DNA of 64,000 nt. It comes from an uncultured Bacillales bacterium. Lineage in GTDB: Bacteria > Bacillota_I > Bacilli_A > RFN20 > CAG-288. The notes beneath the pieces were generated by a model. It was not told the origin of the DNA. It saw only the letters and a program-made list of their open reading frames with translations, and did no database searches. This document shows positions 27,478 to 37,741 of the stretch, one piece after another. The translations under genes and the position numbers were made by a program. How positions within the stretch are numbered: position 1 is the stretch's first letter; each line of letters starts with the position of its first letter. The stretch spans positions 12,148-76,147 of the forward strand of contig CAJMBK010000002.1 of the NCBI GenBank assembly GCA_905211645.1, written 5' to 3'.

Positions 27478-28014
27478 ATGTCTGTACTTGATATTGTCGT
27501 TTTGATTATTATCGGTCTTGGTGCAATCACTGGTGCAATTAAAGGATTATTTAACAAAGCTAGTGGACTTATATCATTATTATGTGCCGCAGTTGTTGCT
27601 TACTTTGCATCAACACCATTGAATAATTTATTTATATCCAACGGTTATTACCAAAGCATGTATGATTCAATTGGATACGATACAACTAATTTATTGATGT
27701 TTATCGTTGTCTTTATTGTAATCTTCATCATCTGCTTCATCGTTGTTAAACTTATTTTCAAGGCATTGAATTCTGCCTTTGAAAGTATCGGTTTCTTAAA
27801 AGTTATCAACAAATTATTAGGTTTAGTTTTTGGCGCCGCACTCAGCTTAGCACTCTGTTGCATCATCCTCTACTTCTTAGGTTTGATTGGTAACGGTGTT
27901 ACAAGTTTCAACGATTGGCTCCAAGCTGATTTAGATAAATCATTCGGTTTAGCAAGAGGTTTATTCGATTTCGCCTACGTCGTAGTTGACGAAATTAAAG
28001 TCGCAATTTCTTAA
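27478..28014 (+). CDS. CvpA-family membrane protein
   Basis: 178 aa with four TM helices. The N-terminus MSVLDIVVLIIIGLGAITGAIKG resembles CvpA. Confidence 0.55.
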   Translation: MSVLDIVVLIIIGLGAITGAIKGLFNKASGLISLLCAAVVAYFASTPLNNLFISNGYYQSMYDSIGYDTTNLLMFIVVFIVIFIICFIVVKLIFKALNSAFESIGFLKVINKLLGLVFGAALSLALCCIILYFLGLIGNGVTSFNDWLQADLDKSFGLARGLFDFAYVVVDEIKVAIS

Positions 28015-28035
28015 TTAACTCATTAAATTAACTAT

Positions 28036-28075
28036 TAAAAATTCCTGAAGTTTATTTGCTTCAGGAATTTTATTA
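28036..28075. terminator. bidirectional rho-independent terminator
   Basis: ATTCCTGAAG-N8-CTTCAGGAAT perfect stem flanked by A-run and T-run, between convergent genes. Confidence 0.7.
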
Positions 28076-29464
28076 TTTATGGAAATTTATAAATTGTTCG
28101 ATGGTTTCCTTTAGATTTTCGTAGGTACCATCGTTTTTAATAAGAAGATCTAAATCTTGTAAATGTTTGAAGAAAAGAAGATTCTTATTAAGTTCAAGTT
28201 TTTCTTTGACATGTTTTTCGCCACGATTAGCGAGGAATTCTTCTTGGTTTTTAGAGATGATTCCAATGTTGTAGGTGAATAAATTATTCATTCTTGCTTC
28301 AAAAAGGAGAGGGACTTCAACAGCAACATATTTATCGTAGTTGTCATTTAAAAAGTTATTAACCATCTCTTTAAGTTGTGGGTAGAGGAAATTTTGATAG
28401 TCTCTCTTAAATGATGGATTGTTAATTAAGAGTGCTTGAAGTTTAACTAAATCTAAAGCATCATTTTTAACAATCGCAGGGAATTTCTTTGCACATTCTT
28501 TGATATAAGTTTTGTCAGAATATTTAACTCTAACTAACTTATCAAGGGATAAAGTGACAAATCCATCCTCTTCAAAGATTTGAAGTAAGGTGGATTTACC
28601 AGAAGCAATTGGACCAGTGATTGAAAAGCTAGGCTTAATACCTTGGCAGTGTCTACAAAAAGATGTGCCACGACCTTTTAAGAATCTTTTTTCAATCTTT
28701 GTGCCACAGACTGAGCACTTTTCACCGTATCTTCCATAAACCTTTAAGAAGTTTTGGAAATTACCGTCTTCATTGAAAGCTGGATGATAGGTATCAACTG
28801 TGGATCCATTATTTGCAATTGCTAAAGTAAGAATTCTTTTTGATTCTTTAATAATCTCTTTAATTTGATCTAAAGTAATTTCGTTAGATTTCTTAAATGG
28901 AGAAATTCTAGTAGCAAATAAAACTTCATCGGCGTAGATATTTCCTAAACCAGAGATAATATTTTGATTGAGTAAACTCTCTTTAATAGGAAGTTTCTTT
29001 TTATGAATTTCGTTATAGATTTTTTCGATTTCTTCATCAGTTTCAATCTGCAAAGGATCTTTAGCAACAGAATCTAAAACAGAAGTTTCACTATTTTCCT
29101 TTTCTAAATACATGACTCCGAATTTTCTTGTGTCGTTGAAAAGTAAATAGGTATTGTCACTGAAAGTGAAAAGAAGTGAGTCAGAATCAACTCTATTTTC
29201 CATTCTAAAATTTTTGAAATAGAAAAGCTTTCCTTCCATTCTTAAGTGGACAATCAAACGATAATTTTCAGATAGGTGGAAGACAATAAATTTACCAGTT
29301 CTTGTGATGGAATTGATAGTCTTATTGATGATTTCATTTGTGAAAATATCGTAATCGGATTTAATTAAATTTTTGTAAAAAACATCGACTTTTGAAATGG
29401 TTTTATTTAAAATGCTAGGACTTAAAAGTCTGATAATCGTAGTTACTTCAGGTAATTCAGGCAT
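28073..29464 (-). CDS. fused formamidopyrimidine-DNA glycosylase (N-terminal) and dephospho-CoA kinase (C-terminal)
   Basis: N-terminus PELPEV with catalytic Pro2/Glu3. H2TH and a zinc finger CSVCG…CRHCQ end near residue 275. A CoaE P-loop GPIASGKST follows immediately in the same frame. Confidence 0.8.
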   Translation of the reverse strand: MPELPEVTTIIRLLSPSILNKTISKVDVFYKNLIKSDYDIFTNEIINKTINSITRTGKFIVFHLSENYRLIVHLRMEGKLFYFKNFRMENRVDSDSLLFTFSDNTYLLFNDTRKFGVMYLEKENSETSVLDSVAKDPLQIETDEEIEKIYNEIHKKKLPIKESLLNQNIISGLGNIYADEVLFATRISPFKKSNEITLDQIKEIIKESKRILTLAIANNGSTVDTYHPAFNEDGNFQNFLKVYGRYGEKCSVCGTKIEKRFLKGRGTSFCRHCQGIKPSFSITGPIASGKSTLLQIFEEDGFVTLSLDKLVRVKYSDKTYIKECAKKFPAIVKNDALDLVKLQALLINNPSFKRDYQNFLYPQLKEMVNNFLNDNYDKYVAVEVPLLFEARMNNLFTYNIGIISKNQEEFLANRGEKHVKEKLELNKNLLFFKHLQDLDLLIKNDGTYENLKETIEQFINFHK

Positions 29465-29473
29465 ATTTTCTCC

Positions 29474-32068
29474 TTACTTTAAGTCAAACCATGTCTTACT
29501 TTGTGAACCTTCACAAACGAGTTTACATCTTAATTTGACTGCGTTTTCCATGGTTTCTTTAATAATTGGCATGACAACATCAACTTCTTCATCTGGAACT
29601 TTGAAAATAAGTTCGTCGTGAATTTGAAGTATCATCTTAGTCTTATAATCTTTCAATTTCTTATCAAGTTCAACCATTGCAACCTTAATTAAATCAGCTG
29701 CTGAACCTTGAATAGTTGTGTTAATTGCAGCTCTTTCTGAGAAAGATCTAACTTGGAAATCAGGTGAATTGATATCTTTTAAATATCTAACACGATTGAA
29801 AATAGTTTTTACATAACCGTGATTCTTTGCATATTGGATGACTTTATTTTGATATTCATCAATCTCAGGGAATGTCTTTTTAAAGTTATCCATGAAGGCT
29901 TTCGCTTCTTGATAGGAAATATTTAAATCGACACTTAATCCGTAAACTGAGATACCGTAGATGATACCAAAGTTAACAGCTTTTGCATTTCTTCTCATGC
30001 TTGAAGTGACTTCATCAAGAGGAACATTGAAGATTTTACTTGCAGTTGCTCTATGAATATCAAGACCTTTATTGAAAACATCGATAAGATGTTGGATATT
30101 TGCGATATGAGCCAGAACTCTAAGTTCGATTTGTGAGTAGTCAAAACTTACAAGTTTGTATCCATCTTCATAGTAGAAAGCTTTTCTCATTTCCTTACCT
30201 TCTTCGGTGCGAATTGAGATTGTTTGTAAGTTAGGATCAGACATTGATAAGCGTCCAGTTGATGTTAAAGCTTGATTGAAAATTGCATGAATTTTACCAT
30301 CGGGTGTGATGTATTTTGGCAAACTTTCAGTGTATGCAGAAATTAACTTTGTGTATTTTCTGTAATCCATTAAAAGTGAGATAACTTCGTGCTCATTTTC
30401 AATTGCTTTTAAGGTGTCAATACTGGTTGATTTCTTCTTTAAATTCTTACCAAGTTGCAACTCATCAAAAAGAAGTTTTGAGATTTGAGTTGGTGAATTT
30501 AAATTGATGTTTTTATCAGAACAATAAACAAGAATTTTACTTCTGATATCAGCGATAATTTTCTTATATTTATCGTTTAATTCAGCTAAGAATTTTCTGT
30601 CACAAGGAATACCTTCAATTTCCATCTTTGCTAAGACTAAAGAAAGTGGTATTTCAATATTCTTATATAAATCAACTTGCTTTTCTATAGTTATTTTATC
30701 GTGATAGTAGTCTTTAACTTGTGAAACAACTTGGCAGATTGCAATTGCTTTATCGGTTGTATCTAAAGTTGTGACATCAACATCTAAATTGTCTTCGATA
30801 AGGATATTTACATTTGAATCAAAGTCAGGATTTAAGACGTATTCTGCAAGTAAAATATCATTTTCAATTGCGTTAGCGAAAGGAAGATTTAATCTATTTA
30901 AAATAACGTTTAAAGACTTGGAATCGTATGTGTTTTTAGGTTTATCGGATTTAAGATAGTTGGTCAAAGCATCATCAACATTATTCAAATAAAATGATGG
31001 ATAAAAGTAGTTTTTATCTTTAGTTGAGAAAATTAAGCCAAGGATTTCTGCATTATTTTCGTTAGTTCCATTCAAAGAAAAGTAAATTGAACTAACTTCA
31101 CCTTTGATATCTGCAAAAGATGAAATTTCAACTTTTTCATGTAATTTAGATTTAACTTGGTTTTGCTGAGGAACAGAAGTTGCACTTTCTTTTTCAAGTT
31201 GTGCAGAGAATTTATCCAACGAATATTTATCGTAAAATTCTTTTAATTTTGCGACGTCAGGTTGCTTAACAAAAGATTTATCTGCATATTCTTTAACATC
31301 GATATCGGTGATAATTGTGGCAATTCTTCTGCAGATCATGCAGTCATTTTTGTATTCGGTAAATTTCTTTTGAACGCCAGGTTTAAGTTCACTAAGATGT
31401 TCATAAATGGTTTCAATATCACCATATTTTTGTAAAAGTGGGATGGTAGTTTTTTCACCCATTCCTGGAATTCCCTTGTAATTATCTGATGAATCACCAG
31501 CGATGGCTTTAAAGTCGATAATCTGTTTTGGCTTAAGTTGATAGTTTTCTTCAATATTATCAAGGGTATTAAATTGAATATCTGTTAAACCTTTTTTGAT
31601 GATAGCAACCGTAATTTTATCATCAACAAGTTGAAGGAAGTCTTTGTCGGATGTGAAGATTGTGACATCATCACCGATTGATTCAAAGTATTTTGCAAAT
31701 GAACCGGCTAAATCATCACCTTCATACCCTTCTTTGGAGATGTAGAAAATATTCATGCAATCAAGCATCTCATGAGCGATTGGAATTTGAGTGACAAGTT
31801 CAGGTTCAATTGGTTTTCTTTGAACTTTGTAATCTTTAAATTCTTCACTTCTGAATGTCTTTTTACCTGTATCAAAGCAAACAACAAGTCTATCACCATC
31901 AGAAAGTTGATTTCTAAATTTGGTGATAAAGTTGTGGAAAGCAAAGATTGCATTAGTTGGTGTTCCATCTCTAGAACGCATCAAATATGTAGGATTTGTG
32001 TAATTGTAAGTAGCGTAAAATGAACGAAATAAAATTGAATTTCCGTCAAGAACAAATGTTTTAGCCAT
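29474..32068 (-). CDS. polA: DNA polymerase I (5'-3' exonuclease + polymerase)
   Basis: 864 aa. N-terminal FEN-like 5' nuclease, C-terminal family A polymerase motifs (…DYSQIELR…, …QIHDEL…). Confidence 0.9.
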   Translation of the reverse strand: MAKTFVLDGNSILFRSFYATYNYTNPTYLMRSRDGTPTNAIFAFHNFITKFRNQLSDGDRLVVCFDTGKKTFRSEEFKDYKVQRKPIEPELVTQIPIAHEMLDCMNIFYISKEGYEGDDLAGSFAKYFESIGDDVTIFTSDKDFLQLVDDKITVAIIKKGLTDIQFNTLDNIEENYQLKPKQIIDFKAIAGDSSDNYKGIPGMGEKTTIPLLQKYGDIETIYEHLSELKPGVQKKFTEYKNDCMICRRIATIITDIDVKEYADKSFVKQPDVAKLKEFYDKYSLDKFSAQLEKESATSVPQQNQVKSKLHEKVEISSFADIKGEVSSIYFSLNGTNENNAEILGLIFSTKDKNYFYPSFYLNNVDDALTNYLKSDKPKNTYDSKSLNVILNRLNLPFANAIENDILLAEYVLNPDFDSNVNILIEDNLDVDVTTLDTTDKAIAICQVVSQVKDYYHDKITIEKQVDLYKNIEIPLSLVLAKMEIEGIPCDRKFLAELNDKYKKIIADIRSKILVYCSDKNINLNSPTQISKLLFDELQLGKNLKKKSTSIDTLKAIENEHEVISLLMDYRKYTKLISAYTESLPKYITPDGKIHAIFNQALTSTGRLSMSDPNLQTISIRTEEGKEMRKAFYYEDGYKLVSFDYSQIELRVLAHIANIQHLIDVFNKGLDIHRATASKIFNVPLDEVTSSMRRNAKAVNFGIIYGISVYGLSVDLNISYQEAKAFMDNFKKTFPEIDEYQNKVIQYAKNHGYVKTIFNRVRYLKDINSPDFQVRSFSERAAINTTIQGSAADLIKVAMVELDKKLKDYKTKMILQIHDELIFKVPDEEVDVVMPIIKETMENAVKLRCKLVCEGSQSKTWFDLK

Positions 32069-34997
32069 GATGATTCTCCTTTAATATTGTGATGCGATCG
32101 TAGATTTCACGCTCAACTTCTCTTTTACTAACTTTTTTAACTGCAAAAAAGTCGTAAGGTTGAATTGAATATCTCTTATCGTATTTAATTTTATAATTTT
32201 TAGTTTCGTCAGTTGAAAGAATGACTTTAGTATTATCGTTAATAATTCTTTCATCATCTGTTGCTAAAAATATCTTATATTTTGTCCTATCAACTTTGAA
32301 ATATTTGTACAGATCTACGCTATTAAATATTCCGATAGCTTCTTTCTCTTTTAAGAAACTGACTGCAATTGAACCAGGGACATGTTCAAATGCAAAGCCA
32401 TCATCCTTTGATGTGATCATTTCAAATAAAAGGTTGATTGTATCTTTATTTGATAAAATTGTGTTTCTTCCAATCTTGAAGCAATCTAAGCTTCCACTAT
32501 TAACTAATCCGGATAAGTTTTTTGTTAAATTTACTGATTTATCTAATCCATAGAGGAAAGCAAAAAATGATTCTAAATTTTCTCTATCTTGAATATTTAA
32601 AATTGTAGAAATTGTTGTGTCGTCAATATTTTTAATTGCCTTCAATGGCATGTAAATATTGTTATCTACAACTCTGTAATGGTTGGTTGAATATTTAACT
32701 GAAGGATTTCTAAGTTTGAGATTGAAATTAGGTAATTCGTTAATAAGTCTAACAAAATTATCATTAATTGATTCGTTTTCAAAACTAGCAATATAGAATG
32801 CTTTTGGATAATGAGCTTTGTAATAAAGAAGTCTATAAGTAATCATTGCATAACTGACGGTGTGAGATTTATTAAAACCGTATTGAGAGAACTTAAAGAC
32901 TAAGTTATAAAGTTCATATGCTTGAGAATTTGTTAAACCACTTTGAATTGCTCCAGAGATAAATTTATCTTTGTAAATAAGCATCTTCTTTTCATCTTTC
33001 TTTGACATTGCTTTTCTGAAAAGATCAGCTTCTGATTGAGTAAGATGACAAATCTTATTACAAATTTCGATGATTTGCTCTTGGTAAATAATAATTCCGT
33101 AAGTATCTTCAAGAATTGGTTTAAGTAATGGTGTGATGTAAGAAATTTTCTCCACACCATTCTTTCTGTTAGCATAACTTGGGATGTTATCCATTGGACC
33201 AGGTCTATACAACGCAAGAATAGCAATTAGTTGATTGAAGTTTTCAATTTTAATTTGCTTAATTGCATAAGAAATACCGGCACCATTTAATTGGAAGATG
33301 TTTGAAAGTAACAACTTATTTAAAACTTCGTAAGTTTGTTTATCATTTAAATCATTTATGGAAAAGTCTTTTACGCCGTAGATTTCTGTGATGTATTCTT
33401 CAATCTTACGTAAGAAAGATAAATTGGATAAACCTAAGATATCCATCTTAACAAAACCTAGTTTTTCCATGAATTGATATTCAAAACAGGCAATATCTAA
33501 GTTTTGATTGTAGGTTACTGGAATAATTGTATCCACTTTTGTAGGTGACAAAATAATACCTGCAGGGTGAATTGAAGTGTTATTTTTTAAATTCAAAAGT
33601 GGTTTTGCTTGATTAACTAATTCCGAGACAAATTTATTCTTCATAACTTTTTGGAAGTTTGGATTTGAACTTAATTCATCATCAAAATTTTTAGCGGTAA
33701 GTGAAATTGAATTTGTAATTAATGAAATTTGTTCAGGTGAATAATTCAATTTTGCGCCAACACTTTTAAGAACACTTCTAGGCTTAAAAGATGTGTAAGT
33801 TATGATATTAACGACGTTTTCTGGAGAATATTTATTCTTTAAATATTCGATGACTAAGTTTCTCTTAGTATCTTCAAAATCGATATCGATATCTGGGTAA
33901 TCTTTTCTTTGCTCGTTCAAAAATCTTGAGAATGAAAGATTGTATTTTAATGGATCAATCTCAGTGATATTTAAAAGATATGAACATAAACATCCACCAG
34001 CAGAACCTCTGCCTGGACCAACTTTAATATCGTTATTTTTTGCGTAATTGACATAATCAGCAACAATCAAAAAGTAGGATGAGAAAGATTTCTTGTGAAT
34101 TGTATTCAACTCTTCTTCAACACGACTTAAGTATGTTTGATCATCCTGAAGATTAAGTCTTATCAAACCTTCATCAACTTTGCTTTTTAAGACTTTAAAA
34201 TCTTCATCTTCTGAACCATACAATGAGAAAAGATGACCTTTTTTAATGTCGTAGAAATTGTAGTTGATGCTATCACCAAGTTTTGATGTCTCAATGATGT
34301 CTTTTTCTCTGTAAATCTTCTTCAAAGTTTGTGGTAACAAAAGATGGAAGGAGTAGTTTTTATTAAGAAATGCATTAGTACTTCCACCAATATCTGCAGC
34401 TAAATAGAATGATTTACTTTCATCTGAGTTGATGTATCTAACACTTGGAGCAACGATTGCTTTAAAGTTATTTTCATCAAAAAATCTGTATAAATCTTGA
34501 TGTCTTTGAAGGTCATGATTTGAATAAAGTTCAACACCAAAATATAAATCAGTTTCCTTATTTAAGTTTTCTAAAATTTCTTTATCAGAGTTTAAATTAT
34601 TGATATTAATTTCAATTTCTGTAGTTAAAATGATGATTGCTAAATTTGCTAAATTGTAATTAACTAAATTTTCTAGCGTGATAGATTCTTTTTTTAAATT
34701 ACAAATTTTAACTAAATCTAAATATCCATTTTCATTTTTTGAAATGAGAATAACTTTTGCTTTAAAATCTGGAAATTCCAATACAGTTTTATATTCAACA
34801 AAGAATTTGATGTTGGAATTACTAAGTGAATCCGCAAAACTTGCCACACCTAATAATGAATTATCATCGGCAACACCAAAACCGGCATAACCTTTAGTTT
34901 TCGCACTGTTTTTAAGTGCGTTTTCGGTTATCAATGATTTTAAAAATGAGTAATCGGAAGTGATATTAAAACTGTAAAAATTCATTAGAAACTCCAT
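32061..34997 (-). CDS. dnaE: DNA polymerase III alpha subunit (DnaE-type) with degenerate PHP domain
   Basis: 978 aa with polymerase core and HhH regions. In the N-terminal PHP region the metal-binding His residues are replaced (FYSFNITSDYSF). The stop overlaps the polA start by 8 nt. Confidence 0.85.
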   Translation of the reverse strand: MEFLMNFYSFNITSDYSFLKSLITENALKNSAKTKGYAGFGVADDNSLLGVASFADSLSNSNIKFFVEYKTVLEFPDFKAKVILISKNENGYLDLVKICNLKKESITLENLVNYNLANLAIIILTTEIEININNLNSDKEILENLNKETDLYFGVELYSNHDLQRHQDLYRFFDENNFKAIVAPSVRYINSDESKSFYLAADIGGSTNAFLNKNYSFHLLLPQTLKKIYREKDIIETSKLGDSINYNFYDIKKGHLFSLYGSEDEDFKVLKSKVDEGLIRLNLQDDQTYLSRVEEELNTIHKKSFSSYFLIVADYVNYAKNNDIKVGPGRGSAGGCLCSYLLNITEIDPLKYNLSFSRFLNEQRKDYPDIDIDFEDTKRNLVIEYLKNKYSPENVVNIITYTSFKPRSVLKSVGAKLNYSPEQISLITNSISLTAKNFDDELSSNPNFQKVMKNKFVSELVNQAKPLLNLKNNTSIHPAGIILSPTKVDTIIPVTYNQNLDIACFEYQFMEKLGFVKMDILGLSNLSFLRKIEEYITEIYGVKDFSINDLNDKQTYEVLNKLLLSNIFQLNGAGISYAIKQIKIENFNQLIAILALYRPGPMDNIPSYANRKNGVEKISYITPLLKPILEDTYGIIIYQEQIIEICNKICHLTQSEADLFRKAMSKKDEKKMLIYKDKFISGAIQSGLTNSQAYELYNLVFKFSQYGFNKSHTVSYAMITYRLLYYKAHYPKAFYIASFENESINDNFVRLINELPNFNLKLRNPSVKYSTNHYRVVDNNIYMPLKAIKNIDDTTISTILNIQDRENLESFFAFLYGLDKSVNLTKNLSGLVNSGSLDCFKIGRNTILSNKDTINLLFEMITSKDDGFAFEHVPGSIAVSFLKEKEAIGIFNSVDLYKYFKVDRTKYKIFLATDDERIINDNTKVILSTDETKNYKIKYDKRYSIQPYDFFAVKKVSKREVEREIYDRITILKENHHG

Positions 34998-35005
34998 ATT
35001 TAATT

Positions 35006-35029
35006 TTATCTTATTTAGAAATAAGATAA
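35006..35029. promoter_or_regulatory. 24-bp perfect palindrome TTATCTTATTTAGAAATAAGATAA in the dnaE / 627-aa gene divergent promoter region
   Basis: 11+2+11 perfect inverted repeat. About 40 bp upstream of ATG 35071 and 9 bp from the dnaE start. Confidence 0.35.
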
Positions 35030-35070
35030 TTTGTTTATTATGCTAAAATTTACGTAAAGAAGGAAAATCG

Positions 35071-36954
35071 ATGACAAGTAGATTTATTACGTTTATTATT
35101 TACTTTAAGTACTGCGATAAAGACATGTCTTTAATGCTCCAATCTTTGGATGAACAGATTGATAAAAACTACAAAGCTATCTTTGTCGTCGATGATAATT
35201 TCGAGTATCAATCTCTAGAAACTGAACTCCATAAAACTGATATAAAGTACGAATTTGTTCACTCAAATAACAGAAGTGAATCTTCTCTTTTTAACTACTT
35301 AATTAAGTACAGAGTTAAAACGGAATACTTTCAAATTTTTAATGACCAAAACTTCTTTGAATTCGACTATGTTTCTAGGTTAAAAGATGCTTTAACTAAA
35401 GCTGAAGCAGATATTTTTGTCACTTCAATTGCTAGATACAAGAAGAATAAAGTTATCAAGAAATCTTTTAGAGATATTTACACAAATAGACTTAGATTAC
35501 TCTCTGAATTCTTGAAGTTTAAAAAGATTAGACCTTATCTCCCACTCTATATTTTTAGAACAAATTTAGTTAAATCTAATAAAGTTGTTTTCGAGAATAA
35601 CTTAGTTATAGGTAATGACTTTTCGTTCATCTCAAAATGCTTCTACTTCTCGAAAAAGACTGTTTTTGATAAGAATATTTTCGTATCAACTATAGTTAAT
35701 AAATCCAGTCGAAGCAGAAACACTGGAGATAAACATGTTTTAAGAACTTACTTCGATGTTTTGTATGTTTTTAAGCTATTTATCATCAACAAAGAAGGAT
35801 ATAAATCTCAGTATTTGAATTTATTTAGACATCCTCATTGTTACTTTAGATTATTCAGACATTTCTACCGCTACGATTCAATGATGGTTAGATTGAATTA
35901 CTTCTATTTAATCTATGCATTCTTCAAGGATGTATTTTTCTTATTTTTACGTCACAAACTTATTTACGGTAATTCTTACACACCTTTATTACTTGAAAAT
36001 AATTTGATTGACACATACAAAGACAATCCAGAAAAGAAGGCAAAGTTCTGCTTAATTTATGAAGTTAAGAATTGTTTTAACAACGATTACAACAAGAATT
36101 TCTTCACCAATTTATTGAACCAAGATTCGAAAAATTACATCGTTTATCTTTTAATTCATGAAGATGAGGTTATGAGTATCGATTCATCAATTAAAGGCTT
36201 CGTTTACAGATATGAAAATGTCTTCAATTTTAAGGTCTACACAAACTTATGTACCGCAATTAAAGAGATTGTTGAAGAGACTGATTGCAAGTATTACAAC
36301 ATTTCAAATACCAATATCATCCCTCGTGTAAATTTGATTAGCAGAATGAATACAGTTGTCGAAAAGAATAAGCATCCTGATATTGTTTCAGCCAGTTACA
36401 TCGAGTACGATTACGATAAAAACCTATCGAAATTCCACATCTTTTCACCTAAACCACACTTTAAAAACATAGTTAAAAAGAAATTTAATAAACAAGGGGA
36501 CATCTTCTTATTCAATAAATTTATCAGAAAAGAATTCCTTGTCAGATCCTTGGAATACATCGAATACTCAGATACAGTTTATTTTATGAGTAATCTTTTG
36601 ATGATGCTTAAACTTTATGCGTTAAGTAAAAAGGTTAGTACTTATTCTCGTGTTGGATGCTACTTCCAACATAAAGATGAAAATATTAAATTTACAGTTA
36701 CAGATTTAATAAATTTGAAGAAAGAATTTGTTTCTTTTTACAGCTTTTTAAATGATAAAAAGATGAATAATAAGCAATTTTTGAAGAATTCCTTACTGAG
36801 TAAACGAGTTATCAAAATGTTAAAATATCATTTATCTAAATATGATATTGCTTCTTTTAATTTGAAAGAGAAAGAAATTGTTCATAAATTGATCGACAAC
36901 AAAGTCACAATTGAAGAGTTTGAAAATATTTTTGTGAAAAAAGAAATTATTTAG
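35071..36954 (+). CDS. large Tyr/Phe/Lys-rich protein; N-terminus weakly GT-A (family-2 glycosyltransferase)-like; function unknown
   Basis: 627 aa. N-terminus (ITFIIYFKYCDKD…LQSLDEQIDKNYKAIFVVDD) resembles the GT2 Rossmann start. The remainder is unassigned. SD GAAGGAAAA. Confidence 0.45.
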   Translation: MTSRFITFIIYFKYCDKDMSLMLQSLDEQIDKNYKAIFVVDDNFEYQSLETELHKTDIKYEFVHSNNRSESSLFNYLIKYRVKTEYFQIFNDQNFFEFDYVSRLKDALTKAEADIFVTSIARYKKNKVIKKSFRDIYTNRLRLLSEFLKFKKIRPYLPLYIFRTNLVKSNKVVFENNLVIGNDFSFISKCFYFSKKTVFDKNIFVSTIVNKSSRSRNTGDKHVLRTYFDVLYVFKLFIINKEGYKSQYLNLFRHPHCYFRLFRHFYRYDSMMVRLNYFYLIYAFFKDVFFLFLRHKLIYGNSYTPLLLENNLIDTYKDNPEKKAKFCLIYEVKNCFNNDYNKNFFTNLLNQDSKNYIVYLLIHEDEVMSIDSSIKGFVYRYENVFNFKVYTNLCTAIKEIVEETDCKYYNISNTNIIPRVNLISRMNTVVEKNKHPDIVSASYIEYDYDKNLSKFHIFSPKPHFKNIVKKKFNKQGDIFLFNKFIRKEFLVRSLEYIEYSDTVYFMSNLLMMLKLYALSKKVSTYSRVGCYFQHKDENIKFTVTDLINLKKEFVSFYSFLNDKKMNNKQFLKNSLLSKRVIKMLKYHLSKYDIASFNLKEKEIVHKLIDNKVTIEEFENIFVKKEII

Positions 36955-36981
36955 TATTTTGTTAGTGAAGGGATAAATAGT

Positions 36982-37716
36982 ATGGAAAGTTTTGTTTTTG
37001 GAAGAATACCTGTAAAGAATGCTTTGGATGGAAAAAGAATTCCAACCAAGTTACTCATTCATGAAAAGATCAATCCTGATAAAGAGATTATCAAAACTTG
37101 TGAAAGAAAAGGTGTTACTATTCAAACTGTACCTGCAGATATGCTTAATAAAATCTGCAATGATAAGAACCACCAAGGTTATCTTTTGTATTTATCAGAT
37201 TTTAAATACACTGATTTTGATAAAGTTTTGAATAAAGTCAAAGACAAGCAAGATTCAACTATTCTTTTACTCGATGGTATTAATGACCCAGTTAACTTTG
37301 GTTCTATCATTCGTTCCGCCTGTTTCTTTAATGTTGATGCAATTATTATCATGAAGAATAGACAGGTTCAAATGACACCAACTGTTATCAAAGTTTCCAC
37401 TGGTGCCGAAGAATTTGTTCCAATTTGCCAAGTTACAAATTTAACTAATACTATCAAAGAACTTAAGAAAGTTGGTTATTTCGTAGTTTCTTCATCAGAT
37501 AAAGGTCACGATTTATTTGATGAAATCAATTATTCTGGTAAGATTGCCTTAGTTACAGGTAACGAAGGTAAAGGTGTTTCCAGATTAGTTTTAGAAAACT
37601 CTGATTTTATCGCTAAAATCCCTTCAACAAGTACGATTACTTCACTCAATGCTAATGTCGCCACAGCATGCTTTTTATCATACATTGAAAGTTATCGTAG
37701 AAAAGTAAATAAGTAA
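36982..37716 (+). CDS. rlmB: 23S rRNA (guanosine-2'-O)-methyltransferase RlmB (SpoU/TrmH family)
   Basis: SpoU substrate-binding N-terminus and SPOUT motifs (LLLDGINDPVNFGSIIRSA…LVTGNEG…IPS). Confidence 0.8.
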   Translation: MESFVFGRIPVKNALDGKRIPTKLLIHEKINPDKEIIKTCERKGVTIQTVPADMLNKICNDKNHQGYLLYLSDFKYTDFDKVLNKVKDKQDSTILLLDGINDPVNFGSIIRSACFFNVDAIIIMKNRQVQMTPTVIKVSTGAEEFVPICQVTNLTNTIKELKKVGYFVVSSSDKGHDLFDEINYSGKIALVTGNEGKGVSRLVLENSDFIAKIPSTSTITSLNANVATACFLSYIESYRRKVNK

Positions 37717-37741
37717 GTAAAAATTGGAAAGGGGTGCATAG

